Of a stretch of 57,057 nucleotides of DNA, positions 36,436 to 45,926 are shown in pieces. Position 1 is the first letter of the stretch; every line of letters begins with the position of its first letter. The stretch is from Candidatus Nomurabacteria bacterium. GTDB taxonomy: Bacteria; Patescibacteriota; Minisyncoccia; Phycocordibacterales; UBA9973. Location of the stretch: assembly GCA_026396065.1 (NCBI GenBank), contig JAPLXO010000010.1, forward strand, positions 1 to 57,057, read 5' to 3'. The position numbers and the translations under genes were made by a program. Below the pieces are notes generated by a model. That model had not been told where the DNA came from. It saw only the letters and a list, made by a program, of their open reading frames with translations, and ran no database searches.

Positions 36436-37023
36436 ATGCAAACACAAACTTTCGTATTTTTTGGAATAGTAGGTTCTGGAAAGGGAACACAGGTTAAGCT
36501 ATTAATGGATGTTTTAAAAGCCAAAGACGGCAAAGATTGTGTTTATATTTCTCCTGGTAATGAATATAGAAAAATAATTACATCCGATACCCAAACTGCT
36601 AGCCTTGTAAAAGTTACACTAGATAAAGGTGGCCTTCTGCCAGATTTTTTGACTAATGCAGTTTTTTTAAATATTGTCATTCCATCAATTTCTATTGATA
36701 AGCATTTAATCGCTGATGGTTTTCCTCGTAGTTTAGACCAATCAAATTGTTTTGAAGAAACAATGAATTTTTATGACAGAAAAAATATTAAAGTTATTTA
36801 TATTGAACTTAGTAAAGAAGAAGCGATAAAAAGGATGAAAATTCGGGCAAGACATGATGATACAGATGAAGGGATTGCAAAAAGATTTGATGAATATGAA
36901 AAGAATGTTATTCCAGCTATGAATTATTTTAAAAACAAAGAAGGCTATACAATTTTTAATATAAACGGAGAACAAACTATTGAAAATGTACAAAAAGATA
37001 TTAATAAAGCTTTAGGATTATAA
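36436..37023 (+). CDS. adk: adenylate kinase
   Basis: FGIVGSGKGTQ, ADGFPRSLDQ and RARHDDTDEGIAKRFDEY. The ATG at 36436 lies inside track ORF 36373. Confidence 0.85.
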   Translation: MQTQTFVFFGIVGSGKGTQVKLLMDVLKAKDGKDCVYISPGNEYRKIITSDTQTASLVKVTLDKGGLLPDFLTNAVFLNIVIPSISIDKHLIADGFPRSLDQSNCFEETMNFYDRKNIKVIYIELSKEEAIKRMKIRARHDDTDEGIAKRFDEYEKNVIPAMNYFKNKEGYTIFNINGEQTIENVQKDINKALGL

Positions 37024-37024
37024 A

Positions 37025-37711
37025 ATGGAAACAGAAGAGAAAATAATTATTTCATTAGGTGGTTCACTCATAATTCCAGAGGAAATTGATGTAGATTTTT
37101 TGAAAGATTTTAAAAAATTAATTCTTTCTCAAGTAGAACAAGGTAAAAAATTTGTAATTATCACTGGTGGTGGAAAGATTTGTCGCAAATATCAAAATGT
37201 AGCAAAAGAACTTTCTACTCCTTCAAATGAAGATCTTGATTGGATAGGAATAGCCTCACTTAAGTTGAATGCTGAGCTTTTGCGTGTTGTTTTTGGTGAA
37301 TATGCCCACGAAAGGGTGATAGCAGATCTTTCAAAAGATGTACCAATGGATAAATCTATAATAATAGGTTCTGCTTGTGAACCAGGGCAAAGTACAGATT
37401 GGGATGCAGTGCTAGCGGCGAAATCTATAGGTGCTAAAAAAGTGATTAATCTTTCAAATACTGATTATGTTTACGACTGCGACCCACGTACAAATCCAAA
37501 TGCAAAAAAGTTTGAAAAAATTTCTTGGGCAGAATATAGAGAAATTATTCCAAAAGAGTGGAATCCAGGTCTTTCTTCTCCGTTTGACCCTATTGCTTCA
37601 AAAGAAGCACAGAAAGAGGGTATGCAAGTAATGATAATCAACGGTAAACCAATTGATAATTTTGCAAAATGTTTGAATGGTGAAAGTTTCGCAGGAACGG
37701 TCATTAGTTAA
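37025..37711 (+). CDS. amino-acid-kinase-family protein resembling short archaeal-type UMP kinase
   Basis: ISLGGSLI...KFVIITGGGKICRKY...; 228 aa. Confidence 0.65.
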   Translation: METEEKIIISLGGSLIIPEEIDVDFLKDFKKLILSQVEQGKKFVIITGGGKICRKYQNVAKELSTPSNEDLDWIGIASLKLNAELLRVVFGEYAHERVIADLSKDVPMDKSIIIGSACEPGQSTDWDAVLAAKSIGAKKVINLSNTDYVYDCDPRTNPNAKKFEKISWAEYREIIPKEWNPGLSSPFDPIASKEAQKEGMQVMIINGKPIDNFAKCLNGESFAGTVIS

Positions 37712-37715
37712 ATCT

Positions 37716-39416
37716 ATGGAAACAAAAAGTTGTCAAAACTGTAAAAAAGATTTTGTTATCGAACAAGATGATTTTTTATTTTACGAAAAAATAAAAGTTC
37801 CACCACCGACATTTTGTCCTGAGTGTAGATTACAGAGACGTCTTGTATGGATGAAAGGACTTGATTTATTTAAAAGGAAATGTGATTTATGTGGAGAAGT
37901 GAAAATTTCTATGTATCATCCAGATGCTCCGTATGTGGTTTATTGCACTAAATGTTGGTGGGGTGATGGTTGGGACCCCGCAGACTATTCTATGGAATAT
38001 GATTCAAACAGAACGTTCTTTGAACAATGGAACGAGCTTTATCATAAAACTCCTGTATTTGGTCTTTCAACTGACAAAATTACCACCGAACTATCTCCGT
38101 ACACTAATCATGTAGGTAATTCAAAACATTCTTATTTAATTTTTTATTCGTATCTTGTTGAAGATTCAGCTTATGGTTTTGAAATTACCAATTCAAAAAA
38201 TATATATAATTGTGGAACAATTTTAAATTCAGAGAACTGTTTTGATTCTTCTAATGTTTATAAATCCTATAATATAGTTAGCTCTAGTGGAAATACTCGC
38301 TCATGTTATGATTGTTTTTTTATTCGAGATTGCGAGGGATGTCACCACTGTTTTGGTTTATCAAATGGCAAAAATCAATCTTACGTATTTCTAGGAGAAC
38401 AACTAACAAAAGAAAAATATGAGGAGAGTGTCAATAATATTGATATGGGTTCCTATTCTCAATACTTACAATGGAAAGAAAAAGTAATAAATTATTTTAA
38501 AACTATCTCACCAAAACCAGTATGGGAAACGCTTTCACAAAATATAAGTGGCAGCTATATTTTTAATTCGAAGAACTGTCATAACTGTTTTGATGTTACT
38601 GACTGCGAAGATTCAAAGTTTCTTATGTTGATAAAAATAGGTAAAGTGAAAGATTCTTATGATTATACTGATTGGGGAGAAAATGTAGAGTTATTATATG
38701 AATGTATGACTGTTGGAGATCAAGCACAAAATGTTAAGTTTAGTCATGATTGTGGACATGGTATTTCAAATATTGAGTACTCAAAACTTTCCACTGGTAG
38801 TTCTTACAATTTTGGATGTATTTCAATTAAAAAGTCAGATTATTGTATTTTAAATAAAAAATATTCGAAAGAAGAATATTTTGAGTTACGTAAAAAAATT
38901 ATTAAAGATATGGATATTAATCCATATCGTAGTATAGAAGGACATACTTATAAATATGGAGAATTTTTACCACCAGAATTTTCACCACATTCATATAATG
39001 ATTCTTTTGCCTCAAGAGTTTTTCCTTTGACTATAGATACAGTTATTTCAAAGGGATTGAAATGGTATGGTGGCGAAAAAAAAGAATATAGAGTAACTAT
39101 CCAAACTGTTGATATTCCAGACAATACAGCTGAAGTAGATGAGACTATTTTAAATGAGGTATTACAATGTGGTACCTGTGTACGGGGTTTTAAGATTATT
39201 TCACAAGAATTACAATTTCTACAACAACACCATTTACCATTGCCACGGCAATGTCCGTTTTGTCGTGTGTGGGAGAAGGTTGATAAATGTGTAGATAATA
39301 TGAAGCAAGTTGAAAGAAATTGTGATAAATGCGGAATTAATTTCATCACTCATTATTCTAAAGAAGAAGCACTAAAAATATTTTGCAAAGAATGTTATAA
39401 AAAAGAATTTTTATAA
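37716..39416 (+). CDS. Cys-rich multi-zinc-ribbon protein, paralog 4 (566 aa)
   Basis: METKSCQNCKKDF..FYEKIKVPPPTFCPECR, KCDLCGE..VVYCTKCWWGDGWD, YKYGEFLPPEFSP, and C-terminal ELQFLQQHHLPLPRQCPFCR with IFCKECY. Confidence 0.85.
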   Translation: METKSCQNCKKDFVIEQDDFLFYEKIKVPPPTFCPECRLQRRLVWMKGLDLFKRKCDLCGEVKISMYHPDAPYVVYCTKCWWGDGWDPADYSMEYDSNRTFFEQWNELYHKTPVFGLSTDKITTELSPYTNHVGNSKHSYLIFYSYLVEDSAYGFEITNSKNIYNCGTILNSENCFDSSNVYKSYNIVSSSGNTRSCYDCFFIRDCEGCHHCFGLSNGKNQSYVFLGEQLTKEKYEESVNNIDMGSYSQYLQWKEKVINYFKTISPKPVWETLSQNISGSYIFNSKNCHNCFDVTDCEDSKFLMLIKIGKVKDSYDYTDWGENVELLYECMTVGDQAQNVKFSHDCGHGISNIEYSKLSTGSSYNFGCISIKKSDYCILNKKYSKEEYFELRKKIIKDMDINPYRSIEGHTYKYGEFLPPEFSPHSYNDSFASRVFPLTIDTVISKGLKWYGGEKKEYRVTIQTVDIPDNTAEVDETILNEVLQCGTCVRGFKIISQELQFLQQHHLPLPRQCPFCRVWEKVDKCVDNMKQVERNCDKCGINFITHYSKEEALKIFCKECYKKEFL

Positions 39417-39453
39417 TTTGCAAAAAGGTGGTGAAAATGTAGTATAGATTTAT

Positions 39454-40227
39454 ATGGCAATTATAATAAAAACAGATAAAGAAGTAGATATAATTCGTGA
39501 GGGAGGTAAACACCTTGCCACTGTGCTTTACAAGGTCAAAGACATGGTAAAACCGGGGATTTCAACAAAAGATCTAGACATTTATGCTGAGAAGCTTATT
39601 CGTGAATATGGAGACGAACCAGCTTTCTTAAATTATCGACCAGCTGGAGTACGAACCCCATATCCATCCTCTCTTTGTACTTCAGTAAATAATGAAGTTG
39701 TTCATGGTATTCCAAAGAAAACTCAAATTTTAAAAGAAGGAGATATTATTTCTATTGATCTTGGCATAAAACACAAAGGACTTTTTACTGATATGGCTCT
39801 TACTGTGGCTGTAGGAGAAATAAGTTCGGCATCAAAAAAACTTTTGAAAGACACAGAAGATGCAATGCATGTAGGTATAAATGCTGCCATCTGTGGTGCA
39901 CATGTGGGGGATATTGGTAATGCAATAGAAACTTTTGCTAAAGCTAGAGGAAATTATGGAATTGTAGAAATTTTGGCTGGGCATGGAGTAGGAAAAGAAA
40001 TTCACGAAGATCCTTTTATTCCAAACTTTGGTAAGAAGGGAACAGGGGCAATTTTGAAAAAGGGAATGGTAATCGCCATAGAACCTATGCTAAATATGGG
40101 AACAAAGAATGTAGTTTTACACGATGACGATTATACATATTCGACTGCTGATGGAAAAAGAAGTGCACATTTTGAATGTACTGTAGCCATTACAGATGGA
40201 GAACCAGAAATTTTAACTAAAATATAA
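39454..40227 (+). CDS. map: type I methionine aminopeptidase
   Basis: VHGIP, DLG, HGVG and EPM metal-site motifs. 257 aa. Confidence 0.93.
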   Translation: MAIIIKTDKEVDIIREGGKHLATVLYKVKDMVKPGISTKDLDIYAEKLIREYGDEPAFLNYRPAGVRTPYPSSLCTSVNNEVVHGIPKKTQILKEGDIISIDLGIKHKGLFTDMALTVAVGEISSASKKLLKDTEDAMHVGINAAICGAHVGDIGNAIETFAKARGNYGIVEILAGHGVGKEIHEDPFIPNFGKKGTGAILKKGMVIAIEPMLNMGTKNVVLHDDDYTYSTADGKRSAHFECTVAITDGEPEILTKI

Positions 40228-40230
40228 AAC

Positions 40231-40257
40231 AAAAAATCCCCGTAAGGGGATTTTTTG
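40231..40257. terminator. bidirectional terminator
   Basis: ATCCCC-GTAA-GGGGAT flanked by A6 and T6. Confidence 0.85.
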
Positions 40258-40258
40258 T

Positions 40259-40594
40259 TTAACTTGTAGAGACGATAGATCTTTTTACAACTTTTCCTGT
40301 TGCAGAAAATGTGTTTGTCTCTTCGTCATAAGATGCACTTGGCATTATATCTTTATAATTACTTGCAAATTTTTTAACGAAGTCTAAATTTTTTGGATTT
40401 GTTAGTAATTTAGAATAGTTTGGCAGACTCTTTAATAAAGAGAAAGCAGCTTTTTCTTTTGGTGTACATGTGTTTATGAACTCCTCTACTGTTTGAATTT
40501 CCTTAGCTTTTTCTGTTGTCATTCCACCAGCTACTTCAACTTCGTTTGGTTTTGCGACTGCACTTTTACCTATAAGTTTATCAAAAAATCCCAT
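40259..40594 (-). CDS. orphan 111-aa protein
   Basis: ORF with a terminator and an upstream TGTATAAT box. Confidence 0.5.
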   Translation of the reverse strand: MGFFDKLIGKSAVAKPNEVEVAGGMTTEKAKEIQTVEEFINTCTPKEKAAFSLLKSLPNYSKLLTNPKNLDFVKKFASNYKDIMPSASYDEETNTFSATGKVVKRSIVSTS

Positions 40595-40746
40595 ATATTT
40601 ATTTTAAATTAATTATTTATAAACGACTTTTATATTATACACCAATACATTATTTATTAAAACTATTACAATTATATCAAATGTAGATTACAAAGTCAAT
40701 ACATAGAAAACCTTGAAAATACAGACTTTGATGTATAATTAAAAGA

Positions 40747-43521
40747 ATGGTTGAAAATTTTTTCAAAGATATGCCAAAATTTAAATCTCCTACAGAGGAG
40801 CTTGATTTTTTGCGTGCCCATGTAGCAGAGCGTGAACAAGAGTTGATTAATAAGGGGCATTTTGAAAATGCTAGTGAAAATGCAAGTACGGAGGTAATTA
40901 CAGAATACATGAAAGTAGCTCCTGAAGAGGCTGTTCACAAAGATTTATTAATTCAAGAAAGAAAGTCTGATGAAATTATTTTAAAATTAAAACCAGAGAC
41001 ACACGACGTAGTGATGGAAGAAATTTTAGGAATTCTTCTTACTAAAGGAATTAAAAATGCAATGTCTGTAGTGGAAGGAATGAACAATCCACATATTGAT
41101 GATGATTTTCATCGTTTGCTAATTCAATATTTAAAAACAGGACAAATAATAGATGGCTTGAAAGATGGCACACCTTTATGGAAAGAATTGAATATGAGTT
41201 TGTTTGAAGTCACATTGCCACCTTCTCAAGCAGAGGATAAGGGTAAAGGAGATTTTAAGGCATTTATAAGTGCTATGGAGCAATTTTATGCTGGTATGCA
41301 TTCTATAGCTTCTTCACGTTCAAATGAAAGTGAAAATTATTTTGCTTTAGAAATAGCATTAGGAAACCAAAGCGATGAAGTAGTAATTTATTCTGCAGTA
41401 CCAAATACACACGTTTCTCTTTTTGAAAAACAAGTTTTAGCTTTTTATCACGATGCAAAAATCACAGAAGTAAGTGATGACTACAATATCTTTGCAGACA
41501 AAGGTGTATCTGTCGGTGCTTATGGATATTTTTCTGAACGTTCTGTTTTACCTATAAAGACTTATGACGAGATTGAGCATGATCCAATGAATACTATTTT
41601 GAATGTTTTTTCTAAATTAAAAAAACAAGGCGAAGGTGCAGCAATTCAAATATTGATCGCTCCTGCAGGAGAAAAATTTACAAAAGAATTTCAAATGATT
41701 TTGGATGATGTAAAAGATGGAAAATCTATAAAGCACGCATCAGACGATTTTTATAAATTTCATAAAGCTTTTTTGAGTGCAGGTAAAGAGCTTATTTTTG
41801 GAGTAAAGAAAAAAGAAGAGGGAAAAGAAAAATATATGGAAGGACGTCGTGCTGTGGATGAAGGTGCAGCTGAAAAAATAGGTAATAAATTGAAAAGCAC
41901 TATAATGAAGACAAATATTCGTGTTATTGCTTCTGCAGAAAATAAAGAACGTGCCGATGCTATTTTAAACGAAGTTGAATCTTCCTTTAATCAATTTACA
42001 GCTCCAGCTAGCAATTCTATTTATTTTGAAAAAGCATCTGGTTCTAGTTTGAAAGAACTTTTCCATGATTTTTCTTATCGAGCTTTTTCTCATGATAAAA
42101 TTCTGCCAATGAATTTAAAAGAGCTAGCTTCCGTATTTCATTATCCTATCGGTGTATCTTCAATGCCTCAACTTAAAGAAGCAAAATCAGGTATTGCTCC
42201 TGCTCCTGTGGAAATGGGAAATGAGGGTGTATTGCTTGGAATAAATAGTTATAGAGGACGCGATACAGAAATACGTATGTCTCGTGAAGATAGAATGCGC
42301 CACATGTATGTAATCGGACAGACAGGTACAGGTAAGACGACAATTTTGAAAAATATGATTGCGCAAGATATTAGAAATGGTGATGGTTGTTGTTTTATTG
42401 ATCCACACGGCACAGACATTCAAGAAATTCTTTCGTATGTTCCAAAGGAACGTATTGATGATGTTATTTACTTTGATCCTGCTTACACGGCACGCCCTAT
42501 GGGGCTAAATATGCTCGAATTTGATCCAAAATATCCAGAACAAAAGACTTTCGTTGTGAATGAATTGATGGGAATTTTCAATAAACTTTTTGACATGAAG
42601 AGTTCTGGGGGTCCGATGTTCGAACAGTATTTTAAAAATTCCGCTTTTCTAATAATGGAAGACCCAGAATCTGGATGTACACTTTTGGAAATTTCTCGCG
42701 TACTTTCTGATAAAGAATTTCGCGATATGAAATTGGCAAAATGTAAAAATCCAATTATTAAACAATTTTGGGTAAATGCTGAGCAGACGACAGGGGATCA
42801 AAGTCTTGCGAACTTCGTACCATACATCACTTCAAAATTCGATAACTTTATTTCAAACGACATTATGCGCCCAGTCGTCTTGCAAGAAAAATCTGTTTTC
42901 AATTTCCGTGAAATCATGGATAATAAAAAAATTCTTTTGGTAAATCTTTCTAAAGGACGCCTTGGCGATATCAATGCGAACTTAATTGGTCTTCTTCTTG
43001 TAGGTAAGATTCAGATGGCTGCTCTTTCTCGTGTAGATATGTTTGGCAAACAAATGAATGATTTTTATCTTTATATAGATGAGTTCCAAAATGTGACTAC
43101 AGATTCTATCGCTTCTATTCTTTCCGAAGCGCGTAAATATCGTCTATCACTCACCGTAGCACACCAATATATTTCTCAGCTTGAAGATAGCATTAAAAAT
43201 GCTGTTTTTGGAAACGTAGGTTCTATGGCTATTTACCGTATTTCTTCTGAAGATGCAAATTTTGTCGAACCAAAATTTAAACCCACATTTACTGCTACTG
43301 ATATTATGAAATTGGATAATTTTAATTCTTATGTAAACATGCTCGTGAAGGGTGTGCCGACAAAACCTTTTTCTATGACTTCTCATTGGAGCTTGTTGCC
43401 AGAGAAAGGTAATCCAGATATTGTGGAAGGATTGAAAGAACTTTCATATTTAAAATATGGTCGCGATAGAGAAGAAGTGGAAGCTGAGATTATGGCAAAA
43501 TACGAAAAGCAGAATGAATAA
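40747..43521 (+). CDS. 924-aa FtsK/HerA-superfamily P-loop ATPase of the VirD4/TraD coupling-protein type, with a roughly 500-aa unknown N-terminal region
   Basis: Walker A VIGQTGTGKTT, Walker B FYLYIDEFQN, and EARKYRLSLTVAHQYISQL. Confidence 0.7.
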   Translation: MVENFFKDMPKFKSPTEELDFLRAHVAEREQELINKGHFENASENASTEVITEYMKVAPEEAVHKDLLIQERKSDEIILKLKPETHDVVMEEILGILLTKGIKNAMSVVEGMNNPHIDDDFHRLLIQYLKTGQIIDGLKDGTPLWKELNMSLFEVTLPPSQAEDKGKGDFKAFISAMEQFYAGMHSIASSRSNESENYFALEIALGNQSDEVVIYSAVPNTHVSLFEKQVLAFYHDAKITEVSDDYNIFADKGVSVGAYGYFSERSVLPIKTYDEIEHDPMNTILNVFSKLKKQGEGAAIQILIAPAGEKFTKEFQMILDDVKDGKSIKHASDDFYKFHKAFLSAGKELIFGVKKKEEGKEKYMEGRRAVDEGAAEKIGNKLKSTIMKTNIRVIASAENKERADAILNEVESSFNQFTAPASNSIYFEKASGSSLKELFHDFSYRAFSHDKILPMNLKELASVFHYPIGVSSMPQLKEAKSGIAPAPVEMGNEGVLLGINSYRGRDTEIRMSREDRMRHMYVIGQTGTGKTTILKNMIAQDIRNGDGCCFIDPHGTDIQEILSYVPKERIDDVIYFDPAYTARPMGLNMLEFDPKYPEQKTFVVNELMGIFNKLFDMKSSGGPMFEQYFKNSAFLIMEDPESGCTLLEISRVLSDKEFRDMKLAKCKNPIIKQFWVNAEQTTGDQSLANFVPYITSKFDNFISNDIMRPVVLQEKSVFNFREIMDNKKILLVNLSKGRLGDINANLIGLLLVGKIQMAALSRVDMFGKQMNDFYLYIDEFQNVTTDSIASILSEARKYRLSLTVAHQYISQLEDSIKNAVFGNVGSMAIYRISSEDANFVEPKFKPTFTATDIMKLDNFNSYVNMLVKGVPTKPFSMTSHWSLLPEKGNPDIVEGLKELSYLKYGRDREEVEAEIMAKYEKQNE

Positions 43522-43526
43522 ATTTT

Positions 43527-44162
43527 ATGGATGAAATACCAAAAATATTAAACAAACAAGAATTACAAGAAAAGTTAACAGCGACACTTGAGAAGGCAAT
43601 AGAAATTACAAAATTACCAAATTTTCTTAAAGGAGATGCAGAGCTAATTTCTAATGCATTATCTGCTTCTAATTTTGATATTGAACAAATTTCTAATAAG
43701 TTTGATTCTCTTTTAAAGGAATCTGTTAAAAATAATCCTGAGAACGTTCGCTTGATGACAAGATTGCTTTTTGCTGGAATTAAAATTCCAGCCATGACTT
43801 ATTATTATTTAGAAGATAATAAAAAGGGTATTTTACAAAAAAATCAGCCTCATTCATATAAGGATTCATCTATAGATACACCAATAAATTTGCGTAATGG
43901 TTTAGAAAATAATTTACTCGTTACTCTTTTATATCTTATACAAGGACAAATTGCTCATAAATATGATTTAGTGGTTGATGACAAACTAAAGGCACGTCTT
44001 GAAGCTTATTTTAATAAGCAAACAGATCAGAGCACTAGGATTTTTAATGATGATGCAATTGAATTACAAACAGAGAATAAAATTCTCGAAGAAAAACTTT
44101 CCTTAGAAAGAGAATTTTTCAGGCTCTTAAAAGAAGGTAAAGTTAAATACGAAGTTTTATAA
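43527..44162 (+). CDS. orphan 211-aa protein, translationally close-coupled to the ATPase
   Basis: Starts 5 nt after the ATPase stop. Confidence 0.55.
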   Translation: MDEIPKILNKQELQEKLTATLEKAIEITKLPNFLKGDAELISNALSASNFDIEQISNKFDSLLKESVKNNPENVRLMTRLLFAGIKIPAMTYYYLEDNKKGILQKNQPHSYKDSSIDTPINLRNGLENNLLVTLLYLIQGQIAHKYDLVVDDKLKARLEAYFNKQTDQSTRIFNDDAIELQTENKILEEKLSLEREFFRLLKEGKVKYEVL

Positions 44163-44169
44163 TTTATTT

Positions 44170-44718
44170 ATGCGAGAAATTGAAATAAAGTTAAAAGTTA
44201 AAAATATGGGACTATTGGAAGATAAACTCCAAGAAAAAGGTTGTGTCTTGTCAGAATCAATTTATCAACACGATGTTGTTTATTCATTTAAAAATGCTAA
44301 TGAAGAATTTGAAAGTTCAAAAGAAGGGGATCTTATTTTTCGTATTAGATATTTAAAAGACAAAGCTGAACTTAATTTGAAAAAACAAAAGTCTAATGAA
44401 ATGGATAATTTGGAATATGAGACAGTAGTAGAAAATCCAGAAATGATGCATCAAATCCTTTCGACACTTGGATATAAGCCAATAATTGAAGTAAAAAAAA
44501 TGCGTCGCAAGGGGAAACTCGGTGAGTATGAAATTTGTTTAGATGAGGTTGAAAAGCTTGGCACATTTGTGGAATTGGAAAAATTGACTAATGACGATGA
44601 TAGTCCAGAAAAAGTAAGAGAAGAATTGTTTGGTATATTAAAATCTTTTGGTCTTTCTAGAGAAGATGAAGAAACAAAAGGATATGATACGCAAATATAT
44701 TTACTTGGAAAAAAATAA
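44170..44718 (+). CDS. CYTH-domain protein (class IV adenylyl cyclase / triphosphate tunnel metalloenzyme family)
   Basis: N-terminal EIEIKLKV (ExExK signature), FRIR and LNLKK strands. 182 aa. Confidence 0.75.
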   Translation: MREIEIKLKVKNMGLLEDKLQEKGCVLSESIYQHDVVYSFKNANEEFESSKEGDLIFRIRYLKDKAELNLKKQKSNEMDNLEYETVVENPEMMHQILSTLGYKPIIEVKKMRRKGKLGEYEICLDEVEKLGTFVELEKLTNDDDSPEKVREELFGILKSFGLSREDEETKGYDTQIYLLGKK

Positions 44719-44722
44719 ACAT

Positions 44723-45223
44723 ATGGAAGAAATTTTAGAATTTGGTATAAAGAGAGAAAATGAAGAAAGGCGCGATGGTGGATGCGCTATTGTTTTTTAT
44801 CCTAAAATACAAAAGTTCGCAGTTTATAGAAATTTAAAAAATGGAGTGATTGGTCTTTTTGGTGGTGGTTTTAACGAAGGTGAAGACGAGAGAGAAGGAG
44901 TGCTTCGTGAGTTAGTAGAAGAAAGTGGTCTTACTAATTTTCTATATATTGAAAAAATAGAAAAAGTTGCGACTCATTATTATAATAGTAATAAAGAAGT
45001 TAATCGTATTGCTTTCTGTTCTTGCTATTTAATTGTTTTAGAAAGTGATAAATTACAACAAACAAAACTCGAATCTCATGAGAATTTTGAATTTCATTGG
45101 ATGGATGCCCCGGAAATTTTGTCTGCATGGGAGTCTAGAAATAAAAATCATGATTATGATCATTGGGTTTACCTTTTTAATAAAGGTATAAAAATGTTAA
45201 AGGATTTAAAGTATCTTTCTTAA
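44723..45223 (+). CDS. NUDIX hydrolase
   Basis: GGGFNEGEDEREGVLRELVEESGL. The ATG at 44723 lies inside track ORF 44648. Confidence 0.8.
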   Translation: MEEILEFGIKRENEERRDGGCAIVFYPKIQKFAVYRNLKNGVIGLFGGGFNEGEDEREGVLRELVEESGLTNFLYIEKIEKVATHYYNSNKEVNRIAFCSCYLIVLESDKLQQTKLESHENFEFHWMDAPEILSAWESRNKNHDYDHWVYLFNKGIKMLKDLKYLS

Positions 45224-45287
45224 ATTTTGCAAAAAAGCTATTTTCTGATAGTATAATGCTATTAGTATTTTAATCGAATAAATAATT

Positions 45288-45872
45288 ATGAAGCATCCAA
45301 AAGAAGAAGTCACATACGTAATGTTGAAACCAGATGGAGTCCGTAAAGGTCTTATCGGTGAAGTTATCAAGCGTTTTGAGCAACGTGATCTAAAAATCGT
45401 TGCACTTGAAATGTTTAATCCAGATTTTGATAGAGTGAATGATCATTATCCAAAAAGTGAAGAATGGATAACACGTCTTGGAAACAAAACTCTTTCTACT
45501 TATGAGAAATATGGTTATGATGCAATGAAAGATTTTGGAACAGTCGAAGCAAAAGACATTGGTCCTGAAATCCGAAAATGGCTTATCGACTATATGACTT
45601 CAGCTCCACTCGTAAAAATGATAGTAAAGGGTGTTCACGCTGTAGATGTCGTCCGCAAGCTAGCAGGTGACACAATGCCATACAAAGCTGATGTCGGTAC
45701 TATCCGTGGAGATTTTTCTATCGATTCTCCAGCACTAGCAAATATGGAAAAGCGCGCAGTGATGAATATCGTACATTGTTCTGAAACTCCAGAAGAAGCA
45801 GAACACGAAATTAAACACTGGTTTGGAACTTCAACAATTTTAGATTATAAACGTTTTGGAGTAGACGAGTAG
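45288..45872 (+). CDS. ndk: nucleoside diphosphate kinase (long form with insertions)
   Basis: YVMLKPDGV..GLIGEVI.RFE, TIRGDF and NIVHCSE. 194 aa. Confidence 0.88.
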   Translation: MKHPKEEVTYVMLKPDGVRKGLIGEVIKRFEQRDLKIVALEMFNPDFDRVNDHYPKSEEWITRLGNKTLSTYEKYGYDAMKDFGTVEAKDIGPEIRKWLIDYMTSAPLVKMIVKGVHAVDVVRKLAGDTMPYKADVGTIRGDFSIDSPALANMEKRAVMNIVHCSETPEEAEHEIKHWFGTSTILDYKRFGVDE

Positions 45873-45880
45873 ACTTTAGA

Positions 45881-45913
45881 AAAATCCTCTCCGACTGGAG
45901 GGGATTTTTTTTG
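45881..45913 (+). terminator. rho-independent terminator after ndk
   Basis: ATCCTCTCC pairs with GGAGGGGAT, followed by T8. Confidence 0.8.
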
Positions 45914-45926
45914 TTATAATACAAAA

